A stretch of DNA of 63,596 nt, filler included. It is 5 parts of 5 records of this genome, joined end to end, with 100 filler letters (N's around TTAATTAATTAA, not from the genome) between each part and the next. Parts side by side here need not be neighbours in the genome. Positions count along the whole stretch, not along the records: positions 16,796 to 48,528 come from DRR723986_5577; 4 more parts are not named here. The stretch is one strand, 5' to 3'. A program made the translations under genes and the position numbers. Shown piece by piece: positions 31,125-41,111 of the stretch (position 1 is the stretch's first letter; every line of letters begins with the position of its first letter). The notes beneath the pieces are model-generated. The model saw nothing but the letters and a program-made list of their open reading frames with translations, was not told the origin of the DNA and ran no database searches.

Positions 31125-31169
31125 CTACGATATATTTGTCTCCCGTTAACGACTTACTACATGTCGATT
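31125..31169 (+). promoter_or_regulatory. nrdJ promoter with two candidate NrdR boxes
   Basis: ctaCgAtATaTttgtc (31125-31140) and ttaCtAcATgTcGatt (31154-31169) resemble acaCwAtATaTwGtg; the first overlaps a Bacteroidota-type TAnnTTTG element (TATATTTG 31131-31138); spacing of 29 bp is slightly atypical. Confidence 0.55.
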
Positions 31170-31569
31170 CACGGGATTTTCGAACAGTCTCGCATTGGTA
31201 ACACACTCACAATACCAATGCGCACGGGTCGGGAAAGGCGCAGCACAGACGCGCCAGCAGATTAGAGCAGCATAGAGTTGTAGCAAGAGTGGATCGAGCC
31301 TAAGAGATCCACACGGTAAAGAGAAGAGAACAGCATACATTCAGAAAGGTCAATGGCGACGGCTAGATAAGGTCGGCGAGGGCATCCCCTCCCCCTAAAT
31401 TTCACTGTCGCTATTTCTGTCTTCAGACCTTTCGATCAGCAGGCACAGTTGAAGACAGCACTTTAAGACAGACGCCCTGAAGGGCACCCGGCAAATGCTT
31501 ATTATTTAGTGCCGGGACGCAATAGCATGATGCTTCTATAAGTATATCCATAGATTTCGGAGTGACTTG

Positions 31570-34500
31570 ATGCAGATTTCTCGCCGGTTCACAAAGGACG
31601 GAGCCAGTCCTTACGACCAATTTGAGTACACAACGCGTTCGTCGGTTCTACGCAATACCGATGGTTCGCTTGTGTTTGAAATGAACGATATCGAAGTGCC
31701 CAAACAGTGGTCGCAAATGGCGACGGACATTTTGGCCCAGAAGTACTTCCGCAAAGCAGGTGTGCCGCTCAAGGACAAAGACGGCAAAAACCTGCTCAAT
31801 GAAGACGGCACTCCGCAAACCGGCGCAGAGAACTCACTTCGTCAGGTCGTAGACCGCCTTGCAGGCTGCTGGCGCTATTGGGGCGAAGAGCATGGCTACT
31901 TTGACAGTGCCGACGACGCACAGCGCTTTTACGACGAAATCGCTTACATGCTCATGAACCAGATGTCGGCGCCAAACTCGCCACAATGGTTCAACACCGG
32001 CCTCAACCACACTTATGGCATCACGGGCAAAGCCCAGGGCCACTACTATGTGGAAGCCACAACCGGCAAACTGAAGCGCTCCACGGATGCCTACACACAT
32101 CCGCAGCCACATGCCTGTTTCATCCAGTCAGTCAATGACGACCTCGTTAATGAAGGCGGCATCTTTGACCTGGCAACGCGTGAGGCGCGCATCTTTAAGT
32201 ATGGCTCCGGTACAGGCTCCAACTTCTCGCAGCTGCGCGGCGAAGGCGAACCGCTCTCAGGCGGCGGCATCTCCTCCGGCCTGATGAGTTTCCTGAAAAT
32301 TTATGACCGCGCCGCCGGTGCCGTCAAGTCGGGTGGCACAACCCGCCGCGCCGCCAAAATGGTGATTGTCGATATCGATCACCCCGATATCGAAAAATTC
32401 ATCGAGTGGAAATCGCGCGAAGAGGAAAAAGTAGCGTCACTGGTTGCCGGCTCACGCATCAACCGCACGATGCTCCAGGCAATTATTGACGAAGCCACAG
32501 CCAATGGCGCCGACATGCGCCAGAACCTCAAGCTCGCCGGCCTGGTCAAACGCGCTATCGATAGCAGCGTGCCGACTTCCTACGTGCTGCGGACACTCTC
32601 CCTCGTAGAGCAAGGTTTTACCGACCTGGATCTGAATGAATTCGACACACACTATGAGTCGGAAGCATATGTTACCGTCAGTGGTCAGAACTCGAACAAC
32701 TCAGTTCGCGTGACCAATGACTTCATGAAAGCCGTCCTCAACGACGAGCCGTGGAAACTGCGCTGGCGCACAGACCGCGAGAAATCAACAACCGTCAGTG
32801 CACGTGACCTGTGGCGTAAAATCACGGTCAGCGCATGGAAAAGTGCCGATCCGGGCCTCCAGTTCGATACGACCATCAACGAATGGCACACATGTCCAAG
32901 TGATGGCCGCATCAACGGCAGCAACCCATGCTCCGAGTACATGTTCCTGGATGACACAGCCTGCAACCTGGCCAGCCTCAACCTGGTCAAGTTTATCGAT
33001 CGCGATACAGGTGAATTCCAGATCGAAGACTTCCGCCACGCCGTCCGCCTCTGGACCATCGTGCTCGAAGTCTCCGTACTCATGGCGCAATTCCCATCCA
33101 AAAGAGTTGCCGAACTCAGCTATCAGTTCCGCACACTCGGCCTCGGGTTTGCCAACCTCGGCACAATCTTGATGACCAACGGAATCCCCTACGATTCCAA
33201 AGAAGGCCTCGCAATTGCCGGCGCTATCAGCGCCATCATGACCGGTGAGTCATATGCCACTTCTGCCGAAATGGCCGCCGAACTCGGCGCCTTCCCCAAA
33301 TACAAGAAAAACAGCACGGAAATGCTGCGCGTGATGCGCAACCACCGTCGCGCAGCCTACAACGGCCTCTCACACGAGTACGAACAACTCACGATTCCAC
33401 CGGAAGGCATCAGCCCCGCGTACTGCCCCGAATCCCTCGTACAGGCGGCACGCACAGCATGGGATCGCGCACTGGAACTCGGTGAAAAACATGGCTATCG
33501 CAATGCGCAGGTAAGTGTTATTGCACCAACGGGTACAATCGGCCTCGTCATGGACTGCGATACAACCGGCATCGAACCCGACTTTGCGATCGTCAAGTTC
33601 AAAAAACTGGCCGGTGGCGGATACTTCAAAATCGTCAACCAGTCTGTGCGCCAGGCACTCGTTAACCTGGACTACAGCAACGATCAAATCGAAGACATTG
33701 AGAAGTACTGCAAAGGCCACGGTACACTTATCGGCTGTCCCAACATCAATCAGGTTTCGCTGACGGACAAAGGGTTTACGCCGGAGAAAATCGACCTCAT
33801 CGAAAAACAACTCGACAACGTCTTCGACGTGCGTTTTGCTTTCAACAAATGGTCGCTGGGTGAAGAGTTCTGTCACGAGCTGGGCTTCACGGACGACGTG
33901 ATGAACGATCCCTCTTTTGACATGCTCGAAGCACTCGGATATTCAACGGCTGATATCGACAAGGCCAACGACTTCATCTGCGGTACAATGACGCTGGAAG
34001 GCGCGCCGCATCTGAAGGACGGCCACCTGCCGATCTTTGACTGCGCCAACAAATGCGGACGCAACGGTCAGCGCTTCATTCAGCCGATCGCACACGTAAA
34101 CATGATGGCCGCAGTGCAGCCGTTCATCTCCGGTGCGATCTCCAAAACGGTCAACATGCCGAATGAATCGACCGTCTCCGAAGTGGCCGACATCTACAAA
34201 CAAGCCTGGGAGAAAATGACCAAAGCGATCGCTCTGTATCGCGACGGCTCCAAACTCTCACAGCCGCTCAACTCTTCCACAAGCAGCGAGCTGGACGAAC
34301 TCCTGCTCCTGGGTGTTGATGAGGAAACCAACGAAGATGTCCATCCGCAGGAACTGCAGAAGAAAATCATCGAGCGCGTCTACCATCGCACCGAACGCCG
34401 GCGCCTGCCCAAAAAGCGGCATGGTTACGCACGTGAGGCCGTCATCGGCGGGCACAAGGTTTACTTCCGTACTGGTGAATACGAAGATGGCTCCGTAGGT

Positions 34501-35082
34501 GAAATCTTCATCGATATGTACAAGGAAGGCGCATCCTTCAAAGGTTTGATGAACTGTTTTGCGGTTTTGGCCTCCAAAGCCCTGCAGTACGGCATGCCGC
34601 TTGAAGAACTCGTCGACTCCTTCACCTTTACGCGTTTTGAGCCGGCAGGCCACGTGGAAGGCCACGAAGCCATTAAGAATTGTACATCCGTCCTGGATTA
34701 CATCTTCCGCTCCGTGGGTTACGACTACCTCAAACGCACCGACTTCGTGCACGTTAACGCCGTGGACGAAATCCACGAAAAAGATAAAAACGGCGACCAG
34801 GAAGACGGTGGCTCCAATGCTCCAAGCGGTAGTGGCGGCGAAGAAAGCGACGACCCACAATCGATTGGCACACTCATGGGAACGCTCGGCCTCGGCAATG
34901 GCGTCTCATCCAATGGCAGCAGCACCGAAACTGCACGTGTTTCAGCAGACGTTAAAGTCATGGAAGCACGCAGCCAGGGTTACACCGGCGAACAATGCCT
35001 CAATTGTGGCTCGATGCGCGTTAAACGCAACGGTTCCTGCACAGTCTGCGAAGATTGCGGCAGCACCAGCGGTTGCTCCTAA
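31570..35082 (+). CDS. nrdJ: Adenosylcobalamin-dependent ribonucleotide reductase class II
   Basis: PNSPQWFN, HACFI, SGGTTRRAAKM, SNPCSEY, IAPTGTI, GAISKTVN, C-terminal Zn-ribbon and TSGCS. Confidence 0.96.
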   Translation: MQISRRFTKDGASPYDQFEYTTRSSVLRNTDGSLVFEMNDIEVPKQWSQMATDILAQKYFRKAGVPLKDKDGKNLLNEDGTPQTGAENSLRQVVDRLAGCWRYWGEEHGYFDSADDAQRFYDEIAYMLMNQMSAPNSPQWFNTGLNHTYGITGKAQGHYYVEATTGKLKRSTDAYTHPQPHACFIQSVNDDLVNEGGIFDLATREARIFKYGSGTGSNFSQLRGEGEPLSGGGISSGLMSFLKIYDRAAGAVKSGGTTRRAAKMVIVDIDHPDIEKFIEWKSREEEKVASLVAGSRINRTMLQAIIDEATANGADMRQNLKLAGLVKRAIDSSVPTSYVLRTLSLVEQGFTDLDLNEFDTHYESEAYVTVSGQNSNNSVRVTNDFMKAVLNDEPWKLRWRTDREKSTTVSARDLWRKITVSAWKSADPGLQFDTTINEWHTCPSDGRINGSNPCSEYMFLDDTACNLASLNLVKFIDRDTGEFQIEDFRHAVRLWTIVLEVSVLMAQFPSKRVAELSYQFRTLGLGFANLGTILMTNGIPYDSKEGLAIAGAISAIMTGESYATSAEMAAELGAFPKYKKNSTEMLRVMRNHRRAAYNGLSHEYEQLTIPPEGISPAYCPESLVQAARTAWDRALELGEKHGYRNAQVSVIAPTGTIGLVMDCDTTGIEPDFAIVKFKKLAGGGYFKIVNQSVRQALVNLDYSNDQIEDIEKYCKGHGTLIGCPNINQVSLTDKGFTPEKIDLIEKQLDNVFDVRFAFNKWSLGEEFCHELGFTDDVMNDPSFDMLEALGYSTADIDKANDFICGTMTLEGAPHLKDGHLPIFDCANKCGRNGQRFIQPIAHVNMMAAVQPFISGAISKTVNMPNESTVSEVADIYKQAWEKMTKAIALYRDGSKLSQPLNSSTSSELDELLLLGVDEETNEDVHPQELQKKIIERVYHRTERRRLPKKRHGYAREAVIGGHKVYFRTGEYEDGSVGEIFIDMYKEGASFKGLMNCFAVLASKALQYGMPLEELVDSFTFTRFEPAGHVEGHEAIKNCTSVLDYIFRSVGYDYLKRTDFVHVNAVDEIHEKDKNGDQEDGGSNAPSGSGGEESDDPQSIGTLMGTLGLGNGVSSNGSSTETARVSADVKVMEARSQGYTGEQCLNCGSMRVKRNGSCTVCEDCGSTSGCS

Positions 35083-35123
35083 ACGTCCAAAACGTTAAGG
35101 GCCAGATTCAAACTTCAGGTTTT

Positions 35124-35154
35124 AGAGGCCGTCCATTTTTGGGCGGCCTTTTTT
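35124..35154 (+). terminator. nrdJ terminator
   Basis: AGGCCGTCCA-tttt-TGGGCGGCCT followed by a T-run. Confidence 0.85.
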
Positions 35155-35373
35155 GTTGGCATCAAATTCTACCATTCACCCGTTCAGCACACTTTCTGCC
35201 CCCACGACAACTCCGGCAACATTTGAATTTTCAGGTGCAGTTACTGAGTGTCACTCTGCTAATTGGGTGGCATTCAACACCTACAGTAATAGTGCGTCGC
35301 AATAAATTTTCAAATAATTCACATTTTTTTGCCTGGCCCTGAGACATTCCGCAAATGCCTGTGTCAATGTATC

Positions 35374-35463
35374 CGAAGCGATAACTCCGTAGTATAGTGG
35401 TTTGTACAGAACAGCGCAGGGGGGCTCTTGAAACACCCGTTTCAACCCTGCGTTGTTTTTTTT
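35374..35463 (+). ncRNA. Candidate sRNA, sibling 1
   Basis: GTGGTTTGTACAGAA seed, long terminator hairpin and T8 with no upstream ORF; 5' end inferred from a putative ECF promoter. Confidence 0.5.
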
Positions 35464-35566
35464 GTTTTAAACATTTTGGAAGCACGGATACACATCCAAT
35501 TCTGCGGCCGGTACATTTTTCTTCACCCAAATTGTAACTACATGCTGTTCTCAGTGTCTTAACTTC

Positions 35567-35800
35567 GGAACAAACAAATTGCACTCGTAACAATTGCACA
35601 GCGCAGCCTCAGCAGACCCAACTTTTCACGTCGCTCACCGGGTTTGCAGGTAAGATTCCAAAAAAATCCAGCATTCAATTCGTGACGCGTTACAGCAGCA
35701 CGGAACATGGTTAGAATATACTGACCAGAAAATGTGGTTTGTACAGAAACGGCACAGGGTGAACACTGGCAACAGCGTACACCTTGTGTTGTTTTTTTTT
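35567..35800 (+). ncRNA. Candidate sRNA, sibling 2
   Basis: Same 15-nt seed, covarying terminator with GCAA tetraloop and T9; 5' end inferred. Confidence 0.5.
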
Positions 35801-36235
35801 GTATTATTGAGCACTTAACACTTTAACATCAAACTATTTGACTGACATTGACTTTGTTGCGATGACATTAAACTCTACACCCAAGATCGCCGCGCCCCTT
35901 CATAACTTCAGTGGCTAGCTTTTTTTCTCTTTGTTAATCACTGAGTCTCCAGCCCCAAACCCCTGAGACCAAAGTATTTTTGGCGCAAACAAATGATTTG
36001 CACACCACAAGTCTGCGGCATTTGCGCCGCGAGGCTAAGAGCCTGACGCGACGCTGCGACATTGGCACTCAGGGAAAAACAAAAAGCGCATTAGAACCTG
36101 AGACCGCCGCAGCACTCCAGAACGAAGCGGGCTCAAAGTGATCAAGCTGTACCACAAGATTGCAGTGGTAAATTCCACTGGACAATTATTACGCAAACCG
36201 GCAAACTGCGCCACTGCCGGCTGTGCCGACTGAAC

Positions 36236-36291
36236 AACAGCCCAAGAATAACAGCACAAGAATAACAGCACAAGAATAGCAGCACAAAAAA
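36236..36291. repeat. 14-bp tandem repeat, about 4 units
   Basis: AACAGCCCAAGAAT AACAGCACAAGAAT AACAGCACAAGAAT AGCAGCACAAAAAA. Confidence 0.85.
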
Positions 36292-36324
36292 AAAGCACAT
36301 CCACCAAAACTGGCAGATGTGCTT
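36286..36324 (-). terminator. fumC terminator
   Basis: Minus strand: AAGCACATCTGCCA-gttt-TGGTGGATGTGCTT plus T-run. Confidence 0.8.
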
Positions 36325-36357
36325 GTAGTTTGACTGAAAACCAACAACCGAACTGGA

Positions 36358-37749
36358 TTAGGCGCGCGGCCCAATCATATCCTCGGGACGAACAAACTCG
36401 TCAAACTGCTCGGCAGTTAACAATTCGAGCTTAACAGCAGCATCTTTAAGGCTCAGGTCATGCTCATAGGCGTACTTGGCAATTTTGGCTGCGTTATCAT
36501 AACCAATATGCGGATTAAGTGCCGTCACAAGCATCAGAGAGTTGTTGCGGTAGAATTCCAGGCGGTCGTGATTGGCTTCGATTCCGTTAATACAGTATTC
36601 CGTGAACATCGTGCAGGTGTCTGAGAGCAGGCGCACACTTTGCAGGAAGTTGTAAATCATTACGGGCTTAAACACGTTAAGCTCAAAGTTTCCGGAGGAG
36701 CCGGCCACGTTAATGGCAGCGTCATTGCCCATCACCTGCGCAGCTACCATCGTCATGGCTTCCGACTGCGTTGGGTTAACTTTTCCGGGCATGATCGAGG
36801 AACCGGGCTCATTGGCTGGAATTGTAAGTTCAGCAAAACCATTACGCGGGCCACTTGCCATCCAGCGGACGTCATTGGCGATCTTCATGAGCGACCCCGC
36901 CAGAGTTTTAAGCGCGCCATGTGCAAACACAATTGCGTCATGTGCGGCGAGTGCCTCAAATTTATTGGGTGCCGTCACAAATGGCAGATTTGTTAACTCG
37001 GCAATTTTTTTGGCTGAGCGTACAGCGAACTCGGGATGTGTATTAAGACCGGTACCGACGGCTGTGCCGCCCAGAGCCAATTCATAGAGGCCCGGCAAAA
37101 CGGTGTTAATCCGGTTAACAGCATTTTCCAGCTGTTGCACATAACCGGAGAATTCCTGCCCCAGCGTCAACGGCGTGGCATCCATCAGGTGCGTACGTCC
37201 ACTTTTAACCAGGTCTTTAAACTGCGAGGCTTTGTACGAAAGTGCGTCACGCATATGTGAAACCGCCGGAATCAGGCGATGCACAATTGACTCAGCTGCC
37301 GCGATATGCATTGCCGTCGGGAATGTATCGTTTGAGCTCTGTGCTTTGTTAACATCATCATTGGGATGCACAGGCGTTTTGGAACCGAGCTGACCACCGG
37401 CAATTTCAATCGCACGGTTGGCAATCACTTCGTTAACATTCATGTTGGACTGCGTACCGGAACCAGTCTGCCATACGCGCAGAGGAAAGTGATCTTTGAG
37501 GCGGCCTTCAATCACATCATCGGCAGCTTTGGTGATCAGGTCACGTGTTTCCGTTGGAAGGCTTCCCAGGTCGGCATTAACAATTGCAGCACTCTTTTTT
37601 AGGATTCCAAAAGCGCGAATGAGTTCGCTGGGCATGCGCTCTTCGCCAATTGCAAAGTGAATCAATGAGCGCGCAGTTTGTGCGCCGTAGTAGGTGTTTG
37701 CCGGGACTGGGATTTCACCCATGGAATCGCGTTCAATACGTTCTTGCAT
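36358..37749 (-). CDS. fumC: Fumarate hydratase class II
   Basis: [23 protein letters not shown] and [11 protein letters not shown]. Confidence 0.97.
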   Translation of the reverse strand: MQERIERDSMGEIPVPANTYYGAQTARSLIHFAIGEERMPSELIRAFGILKKSAAIVNADLGSLPTETRDLITKAADDVIEGRLKDHFPLRVWQTGSGTQSNMNVNEVIANRAIEIAGGQLGSKTPVHPNDDVNKAQSSNDTFPTAMHIAAAESIVHRLIPAVSHMRDALSYKASQFKDLVKSGRTHLMDATPLTLGQEFSGYVQQLENAVNRINTVLPGLYELALGGTAVGTGLNTHPEFAVRSAKKIAELTNLPFVTAPNKFEALAAHDAIVFAHGALKTLAGSLMKIANDVRWMASGPRNGFAELTIPANEPGSSIMPGKVNPTQSEAMTMVAAQVMGNDAAINVAGSSGNFELNVFKPVMIYNFLQSVRLLSDTCTMFTEYCINGIEANHDRLEFYRNNSLMLVTALNPHIGYDNAAKIAKYAYEHDLSLKDAAVKLELLTAEQFDEFVRPEDMIGPRA

Positions 37750-38101
37750 CGTGGCCGTTCCGAAGAATGTTAAGAAGGAAGCGGAAATTTAGGCGGAGCC
37801 GGCAGACGCAGCAATTGCCGCAGGCCTGCAGGGTGAGCCCCTGCTGAAAGACATAGAGCAGGCCCACACAATGCCACAGTAACGAACATGTCGGCTTGAA
37901 ATTATGCATGCCACCTGATTGAAAGGTTTGGAGCTGAGGCAGCGTTTGGAGGCAGGCAGTACGCTTTGGTAACAGATCGGCGATTCCGATTAGCAGGTAA
38001 TACGATATTACATCCAGCCAATATGGACCTCACTACATTTGTATTACCACTGCCAAACTATTTGATCAATCATAAACCTATTAGACCGATTGGAGTTTTT
38101 G

Positions 38102-38677
38102 ATGTTTAGACTAACATGCACTTTTGTGCTGATTTGCCTTGGAGTTGCGTTCGGATCACAGGAAATGGAAGCCCGCAAATTCAAGATTCACAGCAGCGAT
38201 GCCGGCGGATATAGTTGGGAATGTAAAGATGGCAGCGATATGGGATGGGCCGGCAGCAGATCCGGCGCACGCCAGGATGCACGCGATGCCTGTGGCAGCA
38301 TTGCCAATGCCAACTTCACAGACCCACTTTCGCCAACGACGTCTTACGGACTTCAGTACAATACCGACGGTGATTATACCGGTTGGCTGGTGCAGTCACT
38401 TGAAAACAAGGACATTCTGTATTCGCCGAATGAAGTGCCTGAGAATGCAGGTGGATATGTTTCGAGCGGCAGTTCGGATGATCCGGCGCTGAGTGACGAA
38501 GCTAAGGTGATAGCGCAGCTGCGCGCCTGGGGCATTTACCTTGGCGGCGAATCACGTGCCGAAATCGAAACCGAGCACAACCTCTCAGCTGATCAGTTTG
38601 ATCGCATTCGCGACCTGGACGCTAACGATGGTTACGTGACAATAGAGGACGGCCTGCCCTATGAATGGGAATTGTAA
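38102..38677 (+). CDS. Hypothetical secreted protein
   Basis: Signal-peptide-like N-terminus, upstream TACATTTG (38034-38041) and downstream hairpins; no family recognised. Confidence 0.7.
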   Translation: MFRLTCTFVLICLGVAFGSQEMEARKFKIHSSDAGGYSWECKDGSDMGWAGSRSGARQDARDACGSIANANFTDPLSPTTSYGLQYNTDGDYTGWLVQSLENKDILYSPNEVPENAGGYVSSGSSDDPALSDEAKVIAQLRAWGIYLGGESRAEIETEHNLSADQFDRIRDLDANDGYVTIEDGLPYEWEL

Positions 38678-38732
38678 GCCGTTTACCACAGGCAGGTTGG
38701 TTTCCACTTATAATTGACCTGCCGCTTTAAAC

Positions 38733-38767
38733 AAAAACAGGCTGCCTTCTGAATGAAGGCAGCCTGT
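38733..38767 (-). terminator. Terminator between convergent genes
   Basis: 13-bp perfect stem ACAGGCTGCCTTC-tgaat-GAAGGCAGCCTGT with a T-tract on the minus strand. Confidence 0.8.
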
Positions 38768-38804
38768 GTGTCTTTAGCAATCTCGCTACTGAATGGCTTG
38801 AGGC

Positions 38805-39446
38805 TTAGAGCTCAAGTTCACCCTGCATACGCGCAACGATGTCACCCTTAACTTCGATAAGTTGGAAGCGTGAAGGTGGATTTGCGCCAGGCGCTGTGGC
38901 CTCTGAGAAGGTTGTACGGATGAAATAACGATCGTAGGTCAGGAGCAGCGCCGCCAGACGCTGAGCCAGGATGTCGTCAATTTCATAGACTTGTGGCGTG
39001 AGCAGGAAGTCTCCGACGCGGGCATTCTGAAAACTTGCCAGCTCAAAGTCTTGATTTGGGTCTGGTTCGTCGAGGTCGTCCGGATCGGGGAAGATGATAT
39101 CGAAGGTTACCGACTCAAAGACGATTTCATTGACATCAACATCGTTGTTTGGGTCACTGTCTACATTGACAGTTGGAACGATACGTTCGACCCACCAGCC
39201 GAACTGATATGGTCTTGCGTCTGTGAGTTTCTCTTTGTTTTCAACGTAACTCTGGTAGTCGTTGAGGTTGATCAGTTCAATTTCTGAATCTGGAACCACT
39301 TCGTTTGTAAAGGTGGCTTCATAATTGGCGGCCAGCTGGAAGATAAATTTGTCCAACTCGTCAATCGAACCAAAACAGCCCGACATGAACGGGACCATTG
39401 CGGTCACCATGGCGGCTGCCAGGATTTTAGTAGTTTTTGTGCGCAT
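38805..39446 (-). CDS. Hypothetical lipoprotein
   Basis: MRTKTTK, a hydrophobic stretch and MSG|C lipobox followed by acidic residues. Confidence 0.75.
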   Translation of the reverse strand: MRTKTTKILAAAMVTAMVPFMSGCFGSIDELDKFIFQLAANYEATFTNEVVPDSEIELINLNDYQSYVENKEKLTDARPYQFGWWVERIVPTVNVDSDPNNDVDVNEIVFESVTFDIIFPDPDDLDEPDPNQDFELASFQNARVGDFLLTPQVYEIDDILAQRLAALLLTYDRYFIRTTFSEATAPGANPPSRFQLIEVKGDIVARMQGELEL

Positions 39447-39510
39447 AAGCTACTCTGTATTTGTAATTATTAATTTGCGTAATTCAGGTCTGAAAGATAT
39501 CCATAATTTA

Positions 39511-40614
39511 TCAGAACCACAGACCAAGACCAAACGTTACACCGGGCTGTGAGGCCAGGATGAAGCTTGAGTGCAGTTCCAGAACACCAAAGCGGAATGC
39601 ACCACCAGCCGTAAGGCGGACAGCCGAATGGCTTTCGATGTCAAACTTCACGGGATCACTGTTGCGGATTTCCTCATACGGACTGTTGACGATGTCTTCG
39701 GCATTGTCCAGATTGACTTCACGGACGGCAACAAATTCGCCGCTCATGCCTTCCACCTGAAAACCTGCAAATGCAGTGACTTCAGTACGGATGCCGTCAT
39801 CTTCCTTGTCACGTGTGTCGGCGCCGGAGTGGAAACTCCAGGTTTTGCTGCCGTGTACACCAACTGCGAAGGTCGTGAAATCGTACATTCCAGTGACTTC
39901 CATGGATGAGTAAGCGAGGTTGAGCGCCAGGCCGATGGAGCTGGGCGTTGTGTCATTCGGCTGGAAGAGATCAAAGAAGTGATCAAAACGCTGGTCGGCC
40001 GAGATGGAGAAGTACGTGAGCGAACGCTCAACATCCTGCACGTCAAAGGATGCACCGGCAAAACGGAAGCGCAATTGTGTTCCTGAAGGAATCCCCAGCG
40101 CAATCTGAGCAACCGGGACACCGGGCATGCCGCTGATGTCATTGCCTTCAAGAAATGTCACTGTGCGAGCAAAGTTTTCCTCGATAGTAGGCTGTGGGGC
40201 GCTGAATGCCGGTGTGGAAACGCCGCCGTAAATTGTCGGCTGGGACACGGTGTTTGGCAGATCGCGACGTTCGCGATTGCCACGCAACTCTGCATTTTCT
40301 GAGAGCGTCGTATCCTGGAAAGAAGCCGGCAGCTGGGCATCATAGGTCAATTGACCATCGGGAATCATAAATGCCTGAACGGCAAAATTGATTCCAACCG
40401 TCCAGCTATCGTCGCTGTGCAGAGCGGTTGTGTACAAATTGGAGTTAATACTCTGCTCCACTGTTGTAAACAGTGGCTTCAGGTAACCTTCCAGGTTTTC
40501 CGAAGTGACCAGGGTAAACTCTTTGCTGATGGTAAACGGCTCGTTATCATCAGCCTGGAGTGAACCACCAGACAAAAGCAGCACTGCTGAAACACTTAGA
40601 AGAAGTTTTTGCAT
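39511..40614 (-). CDS. Outer-membrane protein, DUF6588-like
   Basis: Signal peptide; GYLKPL..NSNLYTTA, PTIYG and PVAQIALG; ends in the beta-signal FGLGLWF. Confidence 0.65.
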   Translation of the reverse strand: MQKLLLSVSAVLLLSGGSLQADDNEPFTISKEFTLVTSENLEGYLKPLFTTVEQSINSNLYTTALHSDDSWTVGINFAVQAFMIPDGQLTYDAQLPASFQDTTLSENAELRGNRERRDLPNTVSQPTIYGGVSTPAFSAPQPTIEENFARTVTFLEGNDISGMPGVPVAQIALGIPSGTQLRFRFAGASFDVQDVERSLTYFSISADQRFDHFFDLFQPNDTTPSSIGLALNLAYSSMEVTGMYDFTTFAVGVHGSKTWSFHSGADTRDKEDDGIRTEVTAFAGFQVEGMSGEFVAVREVNLDNAEDIVNSPYEEIRNSDPVKFDIESHSAVRLTAGGAFRFGVLELHSSFILASQPGVTFGLGLWF

Positions 40615-40987
40615 CTACTGTACCTTCATGAACTAGTTCAGTGATTGAACGATGGAATATTAAGGAGTGGCGTCACTAATACGACCTACAGAATCTCCGT
40701 TGGCTACTAATTTACGCGCAGTACTTTAGAGTTGCAAACTGTGTCCGCCTGCGAACAGTTTAAGTACGAATCATGGTACTAAATGCACCACAATGCTTAC
40801 CAGTTGAACGACTTCCGGCGGCGGAACGGCGATAGAACCCATAGATTTGCAACGCGTAACACAATGCCTAACAAAAAAATTCAAATAGGGCTACGACAGT
40901 AAAGCCCGCTTTTGTTTGCCGGGTGAGAGAGAGAGTGGTTCGGCAAAAAACGAGTAAAGCGTTAAAAAACGCCAGGACAATACGCTG

Positions 40988-41061
<74 letters not shown>

Positions 41062-41111
41062 GCGTTCGGCAAAACCTGTTTACCGATCGCAATTTGTTTT
41101 GACGTGTGGCC

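Noticed and set aside
30893-31569. Cobalamin riboswitch upstream of nrdJ
   Set aside because: No recognisable GGGAA..GGUG..AAUCC core, CCCGCAACUG or B12 box.
31570-35082. Intein in the long NrdJ
   Set aside because: No C..HN/C junctions or LAGLIDADG motif; the length is explained by the usual insertions and C-terminal domains.
36236-36291. CRISPR array (also 48486-48528 and the two 67-nt modules)
   Set aside because: Units are contiguous without spacers, or there are only two copies 337 bp apart; no cas genes.
40615-40987. Island integrated at tRNA-Ile
   Set aside because: No integrase and no repeat of the tRNA 3' end seen downstream.
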